In this document: positions 20,565 to 30,277 of the stretch, one piece after another | Numbering within the stretch: the first letter of the stretch is position 1 | Layout of the letters: the number at the start of each line of letters is the position of its first letter | From: an uncultured Gammaproteobacteria bacterium | Lineage (GTDB): Bacteria; Patescibacteriota; Microgenomatia; Levybacterales; UBA12049 | Direction of reading: 5' to 3' | DNA: 64,000 nt | Assembly (NCBI GenBank): GCA_965230895.1 | Contig: OZ246394.1 | Location: forward strand, 441,316 to 505,315 | Position numbers and translations under genes: made by a program | Notes under the pieces: model-generated | Told to the model about the DNA's origin: nothing | Seen by the model: only the letters and a program-made list of their open reading frames with translations | Databases searched by the model: none

Positions 20565-20933
20565 ATGCACTCTATGAAAGAGTGGTTGCGAGGATTTAAA
20601 CCAAAAATTCAAACAAAGCCTTCAGGAAGAGCTTTTAGCCAGGATGAAGCATTATGGAACAAGGAAGTTAAAGATACTCTTCATAAGAATATTGATGAGC
20701 GAACAGAACAGCTCATACGCTGTGGCTGTGCAAATTGTTTTTCAAGCATGAGAGAAGATCTGAATGTAAAATACTTTGGTGCAAAAGAAAGAGTGAAAAA
20801 CTGGCATATAGGTACTTTCATAAATAGTCATCGTCAACTTGCGCCGCACCTTGCAGAACTTACAAACCAGATACGAGCCTGGGAAAGCGGAGAAACTGAC
20901 ATTGTGGATTTCAAGCGCAAACCAAAACAGTAA
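20565..20933 (+). CDS. Hypothetical protein
   Basis: 122-aa ORF with a CxCxxC motif; no recognised family. Confidence 0.5.
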   Translation: MHSMKEWLRGFKPKIQTKPSGRAFSQDEALWNKEVKDTLHKNIDERTEQLIRCGCANCFSSMREDLNVKYFGAKERVKNWHIGTFINSHRQLAPHLAELTNQIRAWESGETDIVDFKRKPKQ

Positions 20934-20938
20934 CTACG

Positions 20939-20972
20939 AAAAAGCCCTACTCTTGCGCACCGAGCAGGGCTT
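20939..20972. terminator. Terminator between convergent genes
   Basis: aagccct..ctc / gag.agggctt stem preceded by an A-run. Confidence 0.6.
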
Positions 20973-20995
20973 AAACGAAAATACCTTTCTTAATC

Positions 20996-21592
20996 TTACT
21001 GATTAAGTGTATTTGAAGAACCGTTGACTGTTATATCTGTACCAGTAATTGCTGTTCCAGAATGCACAGTTGATGTTCCGCCTGTATTGAAACTCGATGA
21101 ATTTCCTCCAGTATTAGAACTTGAATTTACGCTATTGAAAACGTTACTCACGTTTGTTTGAAGAGCAGTAAACCAATTAGAGTTTGTAACTTTTACACTA
21201 TTATGTGAGAAAGCTCCATTATCTGTTACACCAACTGTTGCCCCAGCTTCACAATTGCAATCTGAATTAACAGTTGCTGTATTTGTGTTACCGCCTACAG
21301 TTATATTAGCAACACTGTGAGAGTCACTAGTACTAACACTTGAAGTTCCGCCAGTATTGAAGCTGACTTTATTGCCTCCAGTGTTAGCCTTTGAGTTAAC
21401 AACGTTCTTAACGTTTTGCTTGTTGGTTTGTGCAACAGTTGTTACTTTAACGTTCTTAACTTGTACTTTTGACTTTGAGAAAGCGCCGTTGTTTCCGACA
21501 ACTACATCTGTAGCTGCGAAAGCTGCTGGTGCCATTGCTCCGAGCAAAATAGCTGATGTAGCAATAGCTGTTCCTAATTTAAGTTTGTTCAT
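20996..21592 (-). CDS. Secreted Asn/Ser/Thr/Val-rich repeat protein (NTGGN repeats)
   Basis: Signal peptide ending AFA; two about 90-aa halves each with NGAFS...NTGGN..SFNTGG; AAAGGAGGTG RBS. Confidence 0.8.
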   Translation of the reverse strand: MNKLKLGTAIATSAILLGAMAPAAFAATDVVVGNNGAFSKSKVQVKNVKVTTVAQTNKQNVKNVVNSKANTGGNKVSFNTGGTSSVSTSDSHSVANITVGGNTNTATVNSDCNCEAGATVGVTDNGAFSHNSVKVTNSNWFTALQTNVSNVFNSVNSSSNTGGNSSSFNTGGTSTVHSGTAITGTDITVNGSSNTLNQ

Positions 21593-21873
21593 ATCATTCA
21601 CCTCCTTTCTGTTTCATTCGTTAAATAATTCCGCCAGTCGACAAATCAGCGCACAGCGTTTAAAAAATTATTGGAATGAAGCGTTAAGAAGGACGGCAAG
21701 TGAAGCGTTGGCGAAACGTGTCCTTTAGCGAGAATGGAGATAATTTTTAGCGAGCACTGCCTTGTCGAGAGCTTTGGTACTTTGGCGGTCCAAAGTACAG
21801 AGAAAATAAATATAGGTTTTTTTCTAAAAGTATTTGTTGAAGTCATCAGCAATCAAAAAACTTGCTCTGCATG

Positions 21874-21916
21874 AAAAAACCTCTTGAATATCCCCAAAAA
21901 CAATATTCAAGAGGTT
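21874..21916 (-). terminator. Strong intrinsic terminator
   Basis: Perfect 14-bp stem aacctcttgaatat/atattcaagaggtt followed by a T-run on the minus strand. Confidence 0.75.
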
Positions 21917-22040
21917 GGATGATTTCTACAGGGCAGTCTCATAAATACTTAATTAGATTAATAGAATTGCCCAGTTAAGTCAATTGATATAAAAAAGATA
22001 AAACTATATCAGAACTGACATTTTCTTCTCTATCTTATAA

Positions 22041-22865
22041 TTAACTTTTGCTAACAAATTTTGCGAGAAGGCCAATGTGATCAGAGAGGTAATTGCTAGT
22101 TTTTGGAGTGATTTGGACTTTATCTGTGAATGCATGATCAAGCGACTCGACGCTGATTCTATCATACTTATCAAGCAAAAAGATATAATCAATTCTGACT
22201 GATCCTTCAGTATTATACTTCCAGTTGTAACGGTCCCCAAAATACGTAGGCGATGTCTCTTTGGCAAAAAGATCTTTTGCTTTCGTAGACGAAATAAGAT
22301 CTTTATATGCTGGGTCTTCGTGGGTTATATTGAAATCTCCGACCATAACCACAGAATCTTCCGTCTTTGCAAAACGGGACATAAGAATACTCGCTTCCTG
22401 AACTTGCTTCTTTAAATAAATATAGTAAGGATTCTTGAGTGAAGACTTATACTCAAAATCCGAAATAAGATGGGTATTCATGATACGAATCGGGAAGTTC
22501 TTTAACCGACATGATAAAACTCCATTACGTAAGTATCGAGTGTATGTCGTAAGCGAACCAAGTTCTGAAAAGCCATCGTAACGGACTGATTCAAGCGGAA
22601 GCTTAGAGAAGATAACAAGTCCACCTTTTGGTCCGAGAAAAAACTTTTTATACACCTGATAAGGGTAACTTTTAAGGAACTTCTTCAATAAATGGACATG
22701 ATAATAGGTGGTCACTTCCTGCAAGCAAACAACATCAATGCCACTTGTCTCGATAAATTCTGCCATTTTTTTATAACGATCAGTTATTGAGGGAGCAAAA
22801 AAAGGTGTACCAAGCGTATTAAAACTAAGTAGCGAGAACGACGGATGATGGCTAGTTTTTGACAT
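22041..22865 (-). CDS. Endonuclease/exonuclease/phosphatase (EEP) family
   Basis: SFN, CLQEV, NTHL, GDFN, RIDYIF and SDH motifs. Confidence 0.9.
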   Translation of the reverse strand: MSKTSHHPSFSLLSFNTLGTPFFAPSITDRYKKMAEFIETSGIDVVCLQEVTTYYHVHLLKKFLKSYPYQVYKKFFLGPKGGLVIFSKLPLESVRYDGFSELGSLTTYTRYLRNGVLSCRLKNFPIRIMNTHLISDFEYKSSLKNPYYIYLKKQVQEASILMSRFAKTEDSVVMVGDFNITHEDPAYKDLISSTKAKDLFAKETSPTYFGDRYNWKYNTEGSVRIDYIFLLDKYDRISVESLDHAFTDKVQITPKTSNYLSDHIGLLAKFVSKS

Positions 22866-22942
22866 ATCTGAAGCTAAACTCTTGTTTTTTAGACCATAAA
22901 ATTATACCATAGAGTGTACCCTGTTCTCACTGCCTTTTTAAA

Positions 22943-24043
22943 ATGAATCAATTGAGTAATGAAACACAGCAGAACAAGATAATGCATGAAATATTTTCCG
23001 ACGAAACAGAAGCAAGGAAAAGCAGTCGTAGGATAAATGGAAGTAAAAAATTTACAGTTAAAAAACTCTTCTCCTACCTATTCATGGTCATCCCCCTATC
23101 CCTATTTTTTGCTGGTGCATTTTGGTATTACCTCGGCCCGCAAGTAGATAAAGCCACAGCCCCACTATCTCCAATTCCTGATTTTCTTACGGTAAACCAG
23201 AATAGCCAGGTAACCTTGCTTGACCTTTGGTCACCAGTTATTCAGCAAATTCATGGAAGTACAGGAAGTGATGCTCCTGAATTAACAGCTCAGGGAGTAC
23301 TGATGTATGATCTCACCTCAGACAAAGTATTGTATGAACGTGAACCAAAAGAACGACGTCCCATGGCTTCAATCACTAAAATTATGACAGCAATTATCGC
23401 CATCGAGAATCAAAAAGCAGATAATCGCTATGTTGTCAGTGCAGAGGATATTGTCGGAGAAAATAGCATGGGAGTTATAGCTGGTGAAGTAATGACTATG
23501 GAAGATTTGTTGTATGGATTAATGCTTCCTTCCGGAAATGATGCTGCAGAAGTTCTTGCGAGCAATTATCCTGGTGGACGAGGTGCTTTTATCCAGGCAA
23601 TGAATAATAAAGCTCGAGCAATGGGACTGACAGATACTCAATTCTCAAACCCGTCAGGACTTCAAGGTGATGGTATCCAATATACAACTCCTTATGATTT
23701 AGTCGTAATGACACGATACGCGCTTGAACACCATCCACTTTTTGAAGAAGTTGTGTCTACGGCGACTCATGAAATCCCTGCAAACGGAGAACATGGTGCA
23801 TATAGCCTTGTGAATGAAACGAACTTAGTAACCACTTATCCTGGTGTTCGTGGAGTGAAGACAGGATACACTCCAGAGGCGGGAATGTGTTTGGTGACAT
23901 ATCTCAATTATGGTGGACATAAAGTTATCGGTGTGATCTTAAATAGTGAGGATCGACGAGGAGAAATGCGCAAAATGCTTGATTATTCCCTTAAATCAGT
24001 CGGAGTAGAACCTCCAGAATACCAAGAACCCCCTCTATATTAG
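22943..24043 (+). CDS. dacA: D-alanyl-D-alanine carboxypeptidase (peptidase S11)
   Basis: SxxK (ASITK), SGN and KTG motifs; N-terminal TM; start may be 22982. Confidence 0.9.
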   Translation: MNQLSNETQQNKIMHEIFSDETEARKSSRRINGSKKFTVKKLFSYLFMVIPLSLFFAGAFWYYLGPQVDKATAPLSPIPDFLTVNQNSQVTLLDLWSPVIQQIHGSTGSDAPELTAQGVLMYDLTSDKVLYEREPKERRPMASITKIMTAIIAIENQKADNRYVVSAEDIVGENSMGVIAGEVMTMEDLLYGLMLPSGNDAAEVLASNYPGGRGAFIQAMNNKARAMGLTDTQFSNPSGLQGDGIQYTTPYDLVVMTRYALEHHPLFEEVVSTATHEIPANGEHGAYSLVNETNLVTTYPGVRGVKTGYTPEAGMCLVTYLNYGGHKVIGVILNSEDRRGEMRKMLDYSLKSVGVEPPEYQEPPLY

Positions 24044-24106
24044 GATTAATTTAATCGGCATTCAGCGCACAGCGTAAAGAAAAATCATATGCAATGACGA
24101 ATGAGA

Positions 24107-24574
24107 TCAAAATTCATGGAAAATCACAGATTTACCTGTAACTTTTCCATCTTTATACGAAATCTTACCCGAAAAATACTTCCCTTTCTTCATCCATTCA
24201 AGGAAATATTTATCGCCCTCCCACAGATTCAGACGTAAAATCTTATCATCATCAATCCAAGCTAAATCGCCCTCTGCCGATTCGATAAGTTCTCCGCTAA
24301 ATTGTGCTATTTCAAAGATATAGATGTGCCAATCTTCACCTTCTTTATCAAACTCAGGGAAAAGTAATCGCCCCATAAGCTTGGGATCTTTAATGTCTAA
24401 TCCCGTTTCTTCTTTCACTTCGCGGATTGCACATTCTTCAGGTGTCTCACCTTTTTCAAATTTTCCACCTACACCATTCCATTTTCCCTCATGCAAGTCA
24501 TTTTCTTTTTTTGTGCGATGAAGCATGAGTGTTTTTCCGTCCTTTTTAAGGTAGCAAAGCGTAGCAAGTTTCAT
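24107..24574 (-). CDS. 8-oxo-dGTP diphosphatase (NUDIX, MutX/MTH1-like)
   Basis: Nudix box GGKFEKGETPEECAIREVKEETG; LWEGD. Confidence 0.9.
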   Translation of the reverse strand: MKLATLCYLKKDGKTLMLHRTKKENDLHEGKWNGVGGKFEKGETPEECAIREVKEETGLDIKDPKLMGRLLFPEFDKEGEDWHIYIFEIAQFSGELIESAEGDLAWIDDDKILRLNLWEGDKYFLEWMKKGKYFSGKISYKDGKVTGKSVIFHEF

Positions 24575-24671
24575 AGAGCAATTATACATCAACTCAGCTA
24601 AGCCTTGAATATTCTCTGTATTTTGAGTACAATTACGGGGTGACTAATTTGTCATAGGTTATTCATAACCT

Positions 24672-24754
24672 GCCGCGGTGGTGGAATGGCAGACACAGGG
24701 GCCTTAAGAGCCCCCGTCCGCAAGGGCGTGAGGGTTCGACTCCCTCTCGCGGCA
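24672..24754 (+). tRNA. tRNA-Leu(TAA)
   Basis: Cloverleaf with long variable arm; anticodon loop CTTAAGA; TTCGA T-loop; CCA not encoded. Confidence 0.95.
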
Positions 24755-24775
24755 CATCATCGCCAAATGATACAT

Positions 24776-24849
24776 CGGGGACTAGCTCAGTTGGCTAGAG
24801 CGCGCGGTTTGGGACCGTGAGGTCGGAGGTTCGAGTCCTCTGTCCCCGA
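24776..24849 (+). tRNA. tRNA-Pro(TGG)
   Basis: CGGGGAC/GTCCCCG acceptor stem; anticodon loop TTTGGGA; TTCGA T-loop. Confidence 0.95.
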
Positions 24850-24850
24850 C

Positions 24851-24957
24851 TCTTCGATTCGGTGCTCATTACATGAGCTCCTCACTCAGGGTCTACGACT
24901 TTGACAGAGGAAGCTAGTATGGACAGCGAATCGAAGAGCCCTGAGTTTATCGAAGGG
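24851..24957. repeat. REP-like palindromic cluster between tRNA-Pro and the GIY-YIG gene
   Basis: tcttcgattcg/cgaatcgaaga and actcaggg/ccctgagt inverted pairs; shares cttcga..cattacat..ctca with 3683-3738. Confidence 0.65.
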
Positions 24958-24969
24958 CAATAATCCTCA

Positions 24970-25266
24970 ATGTACTCTGTCTACATTCTCAGAAATAATA
25001 AAAACCATTTATATATTGGATGTACAGGAAATGTTGATACCCGTTTAGAACGACATAAATCCGGTGATGGTGCTGAATTTACAAGGCGTAATAAAGATTT
25101 CAAGCTTGTCTATGAAGAAAAATATGCCACATTGCTAGAAGCTCGAAGACGCGAAGAGCAACTCAAGAAGTGGTCAAGAGCTAAGAAAGAAGCATTAATA
25201 AACCATGATCTGAGCTCATTGAAAAGTTTGAGTAAACGAAAATATTCTTCGAATATACAAGAGTAA
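24970..25266 (+). CDS. Small GIY-YIG nuclease (UPF0213/YhbQ-like)
   Basis: VYIL...LYIG.T, RL..H, ARRREEQLKKWSRAKKEAL. Confidence 0.9.
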   Translation: MYSVYILRNNKNHLYIGCTGNVDTRLERHKSGDGAEFTRRNKDFKLVYEEKYATLLEARRREEQLKKWSRAKKEALINHDLSSLKSLSKRKYSSNIQE

Positions 25267-25270
25267 TAAC

Positions 25271-25435
25271 TTAGCGGAGCTTTTCTAGGGAGGTTGGTGG
25301 ATAGGACATTCCGAGCATCATTTGTTGATAATTGTAAATTACTCCCATTGCGAGGATTGCTAAGGCAATAAGTGTCAGCCAGAGGACATGATTTGTGTGG
25401 TGGTGATGAACTTTTCTTCGGACAGCTTTTTTCAT
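25271..25435 (-). CDS. Small single-TM protein
   Basis: Basic/His-rich N-terminus then a hydrophobic helix; 54 aa from ATG 25435. Confidence 0.45.
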   Translation of the reverse strand: MKKAVRRKVHHHHTNHVLWLTLIALAILAMGVIYNYQQMMLGMSYPPTSLEKLR

Positions 25436-25491
25436 TCTTCTCTTAAAGTATTGCAAATAAAAGAGAGATTTGGCAAGAGGGCAATTATATC

Positions 25492-26712
25492 TTAAGCAAT
25501 TTTTGATCGGACGCGTTTCCAACTTTGGTTATCTGGATCTTTTCTGAAATCATACTGTCCTTTCAACGTACCCAGTTCATTTAAACCATACGACGCTACA
25601 TAAAAAGGTGCTTTTATCGGACTTTTCTTTACTCGCTTCAATAGATGTTTTGCACGTTCCTTTGCTCCCGTCACTTGAAGATTTTCTTGCCGTACTGTTG
25701 CCTCCGACTCCGGATGTTGTGCAATAATCTGAAGAGCACCTCGAGCATATCGTGCTCGTTCTCTCACAAAATTACGAACTCCTGATGATTTGTATGACCA
25801 TACATTTGCTTCTTGCGCATATGCAATTGTTCGCCCTTGCTGTCGTGCAATAACACCTGTAGCATAATCCTCAATCGCAACTTGTGGAATGCCACCTGAC
25901 TGGTGAACCATCTCAGTGTCCCAGGCAAAGACTTGTCCACTCACATGCCCTCGTGATACATCTTCAAAACGTGTTTTACGGAAGAAACCGAGCATTTTAC
26001 TCTTTCTATCATCATATTTCGAAAATACATAGGTTGGAAGACCACTGACAATTCCTGGCGTACCAGGTTCACCATTTATTTCTTTCTGTGCGGCGGCGTA
26101 AAGACTTGGGATTGTTTCAGGTTCAGCATAGACATCAGCATCCAAACACATGGCGATTGTTCCATGCCCTCGTGCTATATCATTACCAATATTCAGCGCG
26201 TTTGCCTTTCCCCGTTTCGCCGTATCTATATGCATAAACTCCACATTTCCTACTTTTGTGGTCGTATAAACAGGTGCTAAACCTTCAGTAGCTTGAATCG
26301 GGACATCATGTATCGGAAGTTCTTTTACTTCACCTAGCCCTTGCATAAAGTTTCGCACAATGGCTGCAGATGCTCCCTCATCTGTACATCCATTTGTAAC
26401 AAATACAAATCGTGCATTTGCATCGGCAGGGACATCGCTGGTTATGAGTGTACCGAGTGTTGATGCAAGCGTTTCTTTTTCATCATGGATAGGCACAATT
26501 ACTGAGAAATACGAATCTTCAGGTTTCTGTCCTGTCCGAGCTGTCCAACGCGCGTTTTGTTGCTCTTTTGCTCTATGTTCAAAATTTGGAGAGACCTTCG
26601 AGCCCAACAACGCCACTTGTTTTGTAATTTCAGGCTGCATACTTCGAACCCAATTGCCTGGATTGTCTTTGAGGAAATATACTGGCACTCTTCGGCTTTC
26701 TATATGACTCAT
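25492..26712 (-). CDS. Divergent glycosyltransferase family 2
   Basis: VPIHDE, NGCTD, GKANALN, LDAD and IED motifs. Confidence 0.8.
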   Translation of the reverse strand: MSHIESRRVPVYFLKDNPGNWVRSMQPEITKQVALLGSKVSPNFEHRAKEQQNARWTARTGQKPEDSYFSVIVPIHDEKETLASTLGTLITSDVPADANARFVFVTNGCTDEGASAAIVRNFMQGLGEVKELPIHDVPIQATEGLAPVYTTTKVGNVEFMHIDTAKRGKANALNIGNDIARGHGTIAMCLDADVYAEPETIPSLYAAAQKEINGEPGTPGIVSGLPTYVFSKYDDRKSKMLGFFRKTRFEDVSRGHVSGQVFAWDTEMVHQSGGIPQVAIEDYATGVIARQQGRTIAYAQEANVWSYKSSGVRNFVRERARYARGALQIIAQHPESEATVRQENLQVTGAKERAKHLLKRVKKSPIKAPFYVASYGLNELGTLKGQYDFRKDPDNQSWKRVRSKIA

Positions 26713-26769
26713 CCAGGGATTATACGCTTTTTGAGCTCAAAATGCAATACTATAAGACAATAATGGTCT

Positions 26770-28056
26770 TTATCGTATATGCATTGTACGATCAACTGTC
26801 ACATGCTTCTGAACCATTTCTACTTCAGGAGAAATACGTTGTTCATCGTCACGCTTTATCAATATATATGCAATTCCAGCAGCAGCCATTGCTGCCAAAC
26901 CAGCAACATACAAACCCCATCGAGGTCCCGCTGTCTCACCGATCCAACCAATAATCGGTGCACCAATCGGCGTGGTTCCAAGAAATGTTACTGTCCAAAG
27001 AGACATCACACGTCCACGCATCTCCGGCAAACTTTTTACTTGGAGATACGCATTTGCTTGAGAAAGAAAATTAGTTGAGATAACACCGACAACTACCATT
27101 GCGAGAGCAGCAATTTGGAGGTTTGGCGAGATTGCCACGAGAAAAACAGATATGCCGAAAAATATCGCAATACGGACAATTGCATGCAACGACGTTGTTT
27201 TCTTCCCCGCCGCCATAAGTCCCCCAATAACAGCTCCTACACCCATTGATGAAGAAAGCAGAGCATATCCAGCGACACCGTCCGCAAAAGTAAATTCTGC
27301 AAGCAGTGGAAGGATTACTTGGAACTCGTAGGTAAATGTACCGATCAATAACATCATAATTAATACAGTACGCAATGAATGCGTCTGCTTTACGTAATGC
27401 AAACCTTTAGCAAATTGTCCTTTAATTTTGGTAGCTCTCTTTGCAGGCATTAATCCACGCACGTTCATCATGGCAAGTACAATTAGTACAGCAATAAAGG
27501 AGAATCCATTAAGAAGAAAACACATCGCTAATCCAACCGTTGGTACGAGCAAACCAGCAACCATTGGTCCGACAACCCGAGCAAGATTGACCATCACAGC
27601 ATTGAGAGAAACTGCATTTCGGATATGATCCTTCCCTACCATTTCAAAAATAAACGTTTGTCTTGTCGGATTATCCAATGATGTAATGAGCCCCAACCCA
27701 AAAGCCAATATATACACCATCCATACTTCCGTAAGGTTAAGATACAAAAGTACAGCTTGGATGAGGGCAAGAATGCCTGCAAGTGTTTGGGTTATAAATA
27801 ATATTTTTCTTTTGGAAAACCTGTCTGCGATAACGCCTCCGAATGAACCGAAAAAGAGGATCGGCAGGAATTGGACTGCGATGAGTAACCCAAGGGCTGT
27901 ACCGGATTCTGTGAGTTGTAAAATAAGAAGCCCTTGTGCAACATTCTGCATCCAAGTACCGGAAAGAGAAATTGCCTGACCGATAAAATACAGTCTGAAA
28001 TTATGTATAGCCAATGACGAAAACGTCACCTTACTGTAACTGCGAATTTTATTCAT
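26770..28056 (-). CDS. MFS transporter (DHA3/EntS-like)
   Basis: 12 TM; NFRLYFIGQAIS, GVIADRFSKR, RGRVMS. Confidence 0.9.
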   Translation of the reverse strand: MNKIRSYSKVTFSSLAIHNFRLYFIGQAISLSGTWMQNVAQGLLILQLTESGTALGLLIAVQFLPILFFGSFGGVIADRFSKRKILFITQTLAGILALIQAVLLYLNLTEVWMVYILAFGLGLITSLDNPTRQTFIFEMVGKDHIRNAVSLNAVMVNLARVVGPMVAGLLVPTVGLAMCFLLNGFSFIAVLIVLAMMNVRGLMPAKRATKIKGQFAKGLHYVKQTHSLRTVLIMMLLIGTFTYEFQVILPLLAEFTFADGVAGYALLSSSMGVGAVIGGLMAAGKKTTSLHAIVRIAIFFGISVFLVAISPNLQIAALAMVVVGVISTNFLSQANAYLQVKSLPEMRGRVMSLWTVTFLGTTPIGAPIIGWIGETAGPRWGLYVAGLAAMAAAGIAYILIKRDDEQRISPEVEMVQKHVTVDRTMHIR

Positions 28057-28192
28057 AAATTGTAAGTAAAAGTAAAATGTGCAAAAGCGGTGGAAACTGC
28101 TTTGCAGGTGGAGTTGTATGGGAACAGCTCGTGTAGGATTACGTAAATAATCTTTCTTAATTCATTGTAGCGCAAATGCTACAATACTTGCA

Positions 28193-29053
28193 ATGGAATT
28201 TTTGAATACGTGGCAATTTAATACTGCGGCATATTTACTTGCTACAGTTTGTTTTTATTTCAGTTATAAAGTGGCTGTCCAAAAAACATCAAAAGATGCA
28301 GCAGCTACGATTCTCATTCAAGTAATTGCAGGATTCAGTATATTGGTACTTGTTCCGTTTTTCCCGTGGACAGTTTCTTCTGAACCATTCACGTATGTAC
28401 TCTTATTTGCAGCATGTTTATTTTTTGCACTATCTGATCGACTCCAGACAACAGCACGAAAGCATTTAGAAGTTTCTATTTATGCAGTCATTGAACAGTT
28501 AATGACAATTTTTCTTGTCATGTATGGTTTTACTATTTTCCAGGAGCAACCGACAATTGAAAAGATATGTGGAATTGTACTCATTCTCGCGGGAAATATC
28601 CTTATTCACTTCAAAAGACAGAGTCTTCGATTCAATAAATATGTAGGCTTAGCAGTGATAGCAACATTTGCAATTGCTACAGCTGTGTCGATCGATGTCA
28701 GCATTATCGAGCAGTTCAATACACCATTTTATGTATCAATTACATTTCTTATTCCTGCGCTCATTATCGCCCTTTCCAATAGAATTCCGCCGAAAGAGAT
28801 ACTAGATGAATATCGACAGACACCACGTCTGCGTTATTATTTTTTCACCGGTTTTTCATTTGCACTACTTGTTTTCTTTTCGCTTCGTGCATTACAGTTA
28901 GGAGAAGTTTCAACAGTTGCACCACTGCAAGCAATCTCTGTTTTACTCAATGTTTTTATTGCATATATATTTTTAAGCGAGCGGGACCAAACATATAAAA
29001 AAGTTATTGCAGCGATAATTATTATTGCAGGCGTCTTTTTAACTTCAATGTAA
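28193..29053 (+). CDS. EamA/DMT family transporter
   Basis: Two 5-TM repeats; GEVSTVAPL..SV. Confidence 0.85.
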   Translation: MEFLNTWQFNTAAYLLATVCFYFSYKVAVQKTSKDAAATILIQVIAGFSILVLVPFFPWTVSSEPFTYVLLFAACLFFALSDRLQTTARKHLEVSIYAVIEQLMTIFLVMYGFTIFQEQPTIEKICGIVLILAGNILIHFKRQSLRFNKYVGLAVIATFAIATAVSIDVSIIEQFNTPFYVSITFLIPALIIALSNRIPPKEILDEYRQTPRLRYYFFTGFSFALLVFFSLRALQLGEVSTVAPLQAISVLLNVFIAYIFLSERDQTYKKVIAAIIIIAGVFLTSM

Positions 29054-30013
29054 CTATTTGAGGGCGTTTCCTAAATCGTTGAAACTTTCGACACCATTTT
29101 GCATGTCGGTGCCAACCATTCCCACATGAACTCCGAGAATATCAACATAGGGTTTAATTTTTAGCCAAAATGCACCAAGTACTTGAAACGGAATCATGAC
29201 AATTCGCGCAACCCCCTCAGCGAAAGCGCCGAGAGCATGGAATATAAAGAGTACTACGAAAACAATTCCTGAAAAGAGTAATGTCACTATCCATACTACT
29301 TTCTCAAAGATAAAGATCGCACTACTCGCCAAGATCGTAGCTGCCCGAACTGCATATTCTGCACTTGCTGCAGTTACTGTTTGTGCACCAGCCATAAAGT
29401 TCAAGCCCACTAAATTTATGCTTTGTACAAGCAAATCTCCAACTCGAGCTAATCCACTTATCGTTAAATTGCCAGCAGCACCAAGCGAACTAAAGAATGT
29501 CACTATGATATTTCCAATGATACTCCAAAATGCTCGAGTATCCGGAATAACAAAGAATGCAACAAACGCCTTCCCCACCATGATAAACGTTGTTTGAACA
29601 ACAAAGAAAACGACACTCAAAAAAGATCCTAATGCAACAAACGGTTGAGAGAATATATCATCAGCAGAGAATTCCGGTGGAGTAATAGTTGGAGGAGATA
29701 CAGCTGGTGCCTCAATGCTTGGCGCTGAAATTGTCGGAAGCGAAAGCCCTGGAAGCGTTATCGTTGGAAATGGTATCTCAGGCAAACGGAATGTTGGAGT
29801 TTGAATGGTTGGAGTTTGCAAAAGTGGCTCAATAGACGATGTTTGCTCCCGAAGGTTGAGGTTCATGAGAAGCATCGTTGCAAACGCGATTGCTAAAATA
29901 ATAAGCGGAAGCAAGCTAGCAAAAAGAGTCCGCATCGAAAATGTGGACTGAGGAACTGCGGCGTGGCGTGTATATTTTCTCTTCTGCCTGTTTTTAACCT
30001 TGAACTTTTTCAT
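29054..30013 (-). CDS. Hypothetical membrane protein with Pro-rich linker
   Basis: Basic N-terminus, TM, PTI/PSI repeats, long amphipathic C-terminal region. Confidence 0.6.
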   Translation of the reverse strand: MKKFKVKNRQKRKYTRHAAVPQSTFSMRTLFASLLPLIILAIAFATMLLMNLNLREQTSSIEPLLQTPTIQTPTFRLPEIPFPTITLPGLSLPTISAPSIEAPAVSPPTITPPEFSADDIFSQPFVALGSFLSVVFFVVQTTFIMVGKAFVAFFVIPDTRAFWSIIGNIIVTFFSSLGAAGNLTISGLARVGDLLVQSINLVGLNFMAGAQTVTAASAEYAVRAATILASSAIFIFEKVVWIVTLLFSGIVFVVLFIFHALGAFAEGVARIVMIPFQVLGAFWLKIKPYVDILGVHVGMVGTDMQNGVESFNDLGNALK

Positions 30014-30132
30014 AAAAACCGGGCAGAACCTATGAATTATACACCTTTTCGACAAATTATGCATTATTATGGGATATTAATGCTCAGTTCTTCTTGAGAG
30101 AAAACCGGATTTTTGCTATACTTATCTGTATT

Positions 30133-30203
30133 GCGGGTGTAGTTCAATGGTAGAACAACAGATTTCCAATCTGTATACGAGGGTCCGATTCCCTTCACCC
30201 GCT
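30133..30203 (+). tRNA. tRNA-Gly(TCC)
   Basis: GCGGGTG/CACCCGC acceptor; anticodon loop TTTCCAA; T-loop variant TCCGATT. Confidence 0.95.
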
Positions 30204-30277
30204 CCGAGTCTCACTCGGCAGTGAGACGATGGCCAAGTCTGACTTGGCTTATTTTTTTATTAAACGTTTTGACGTTT

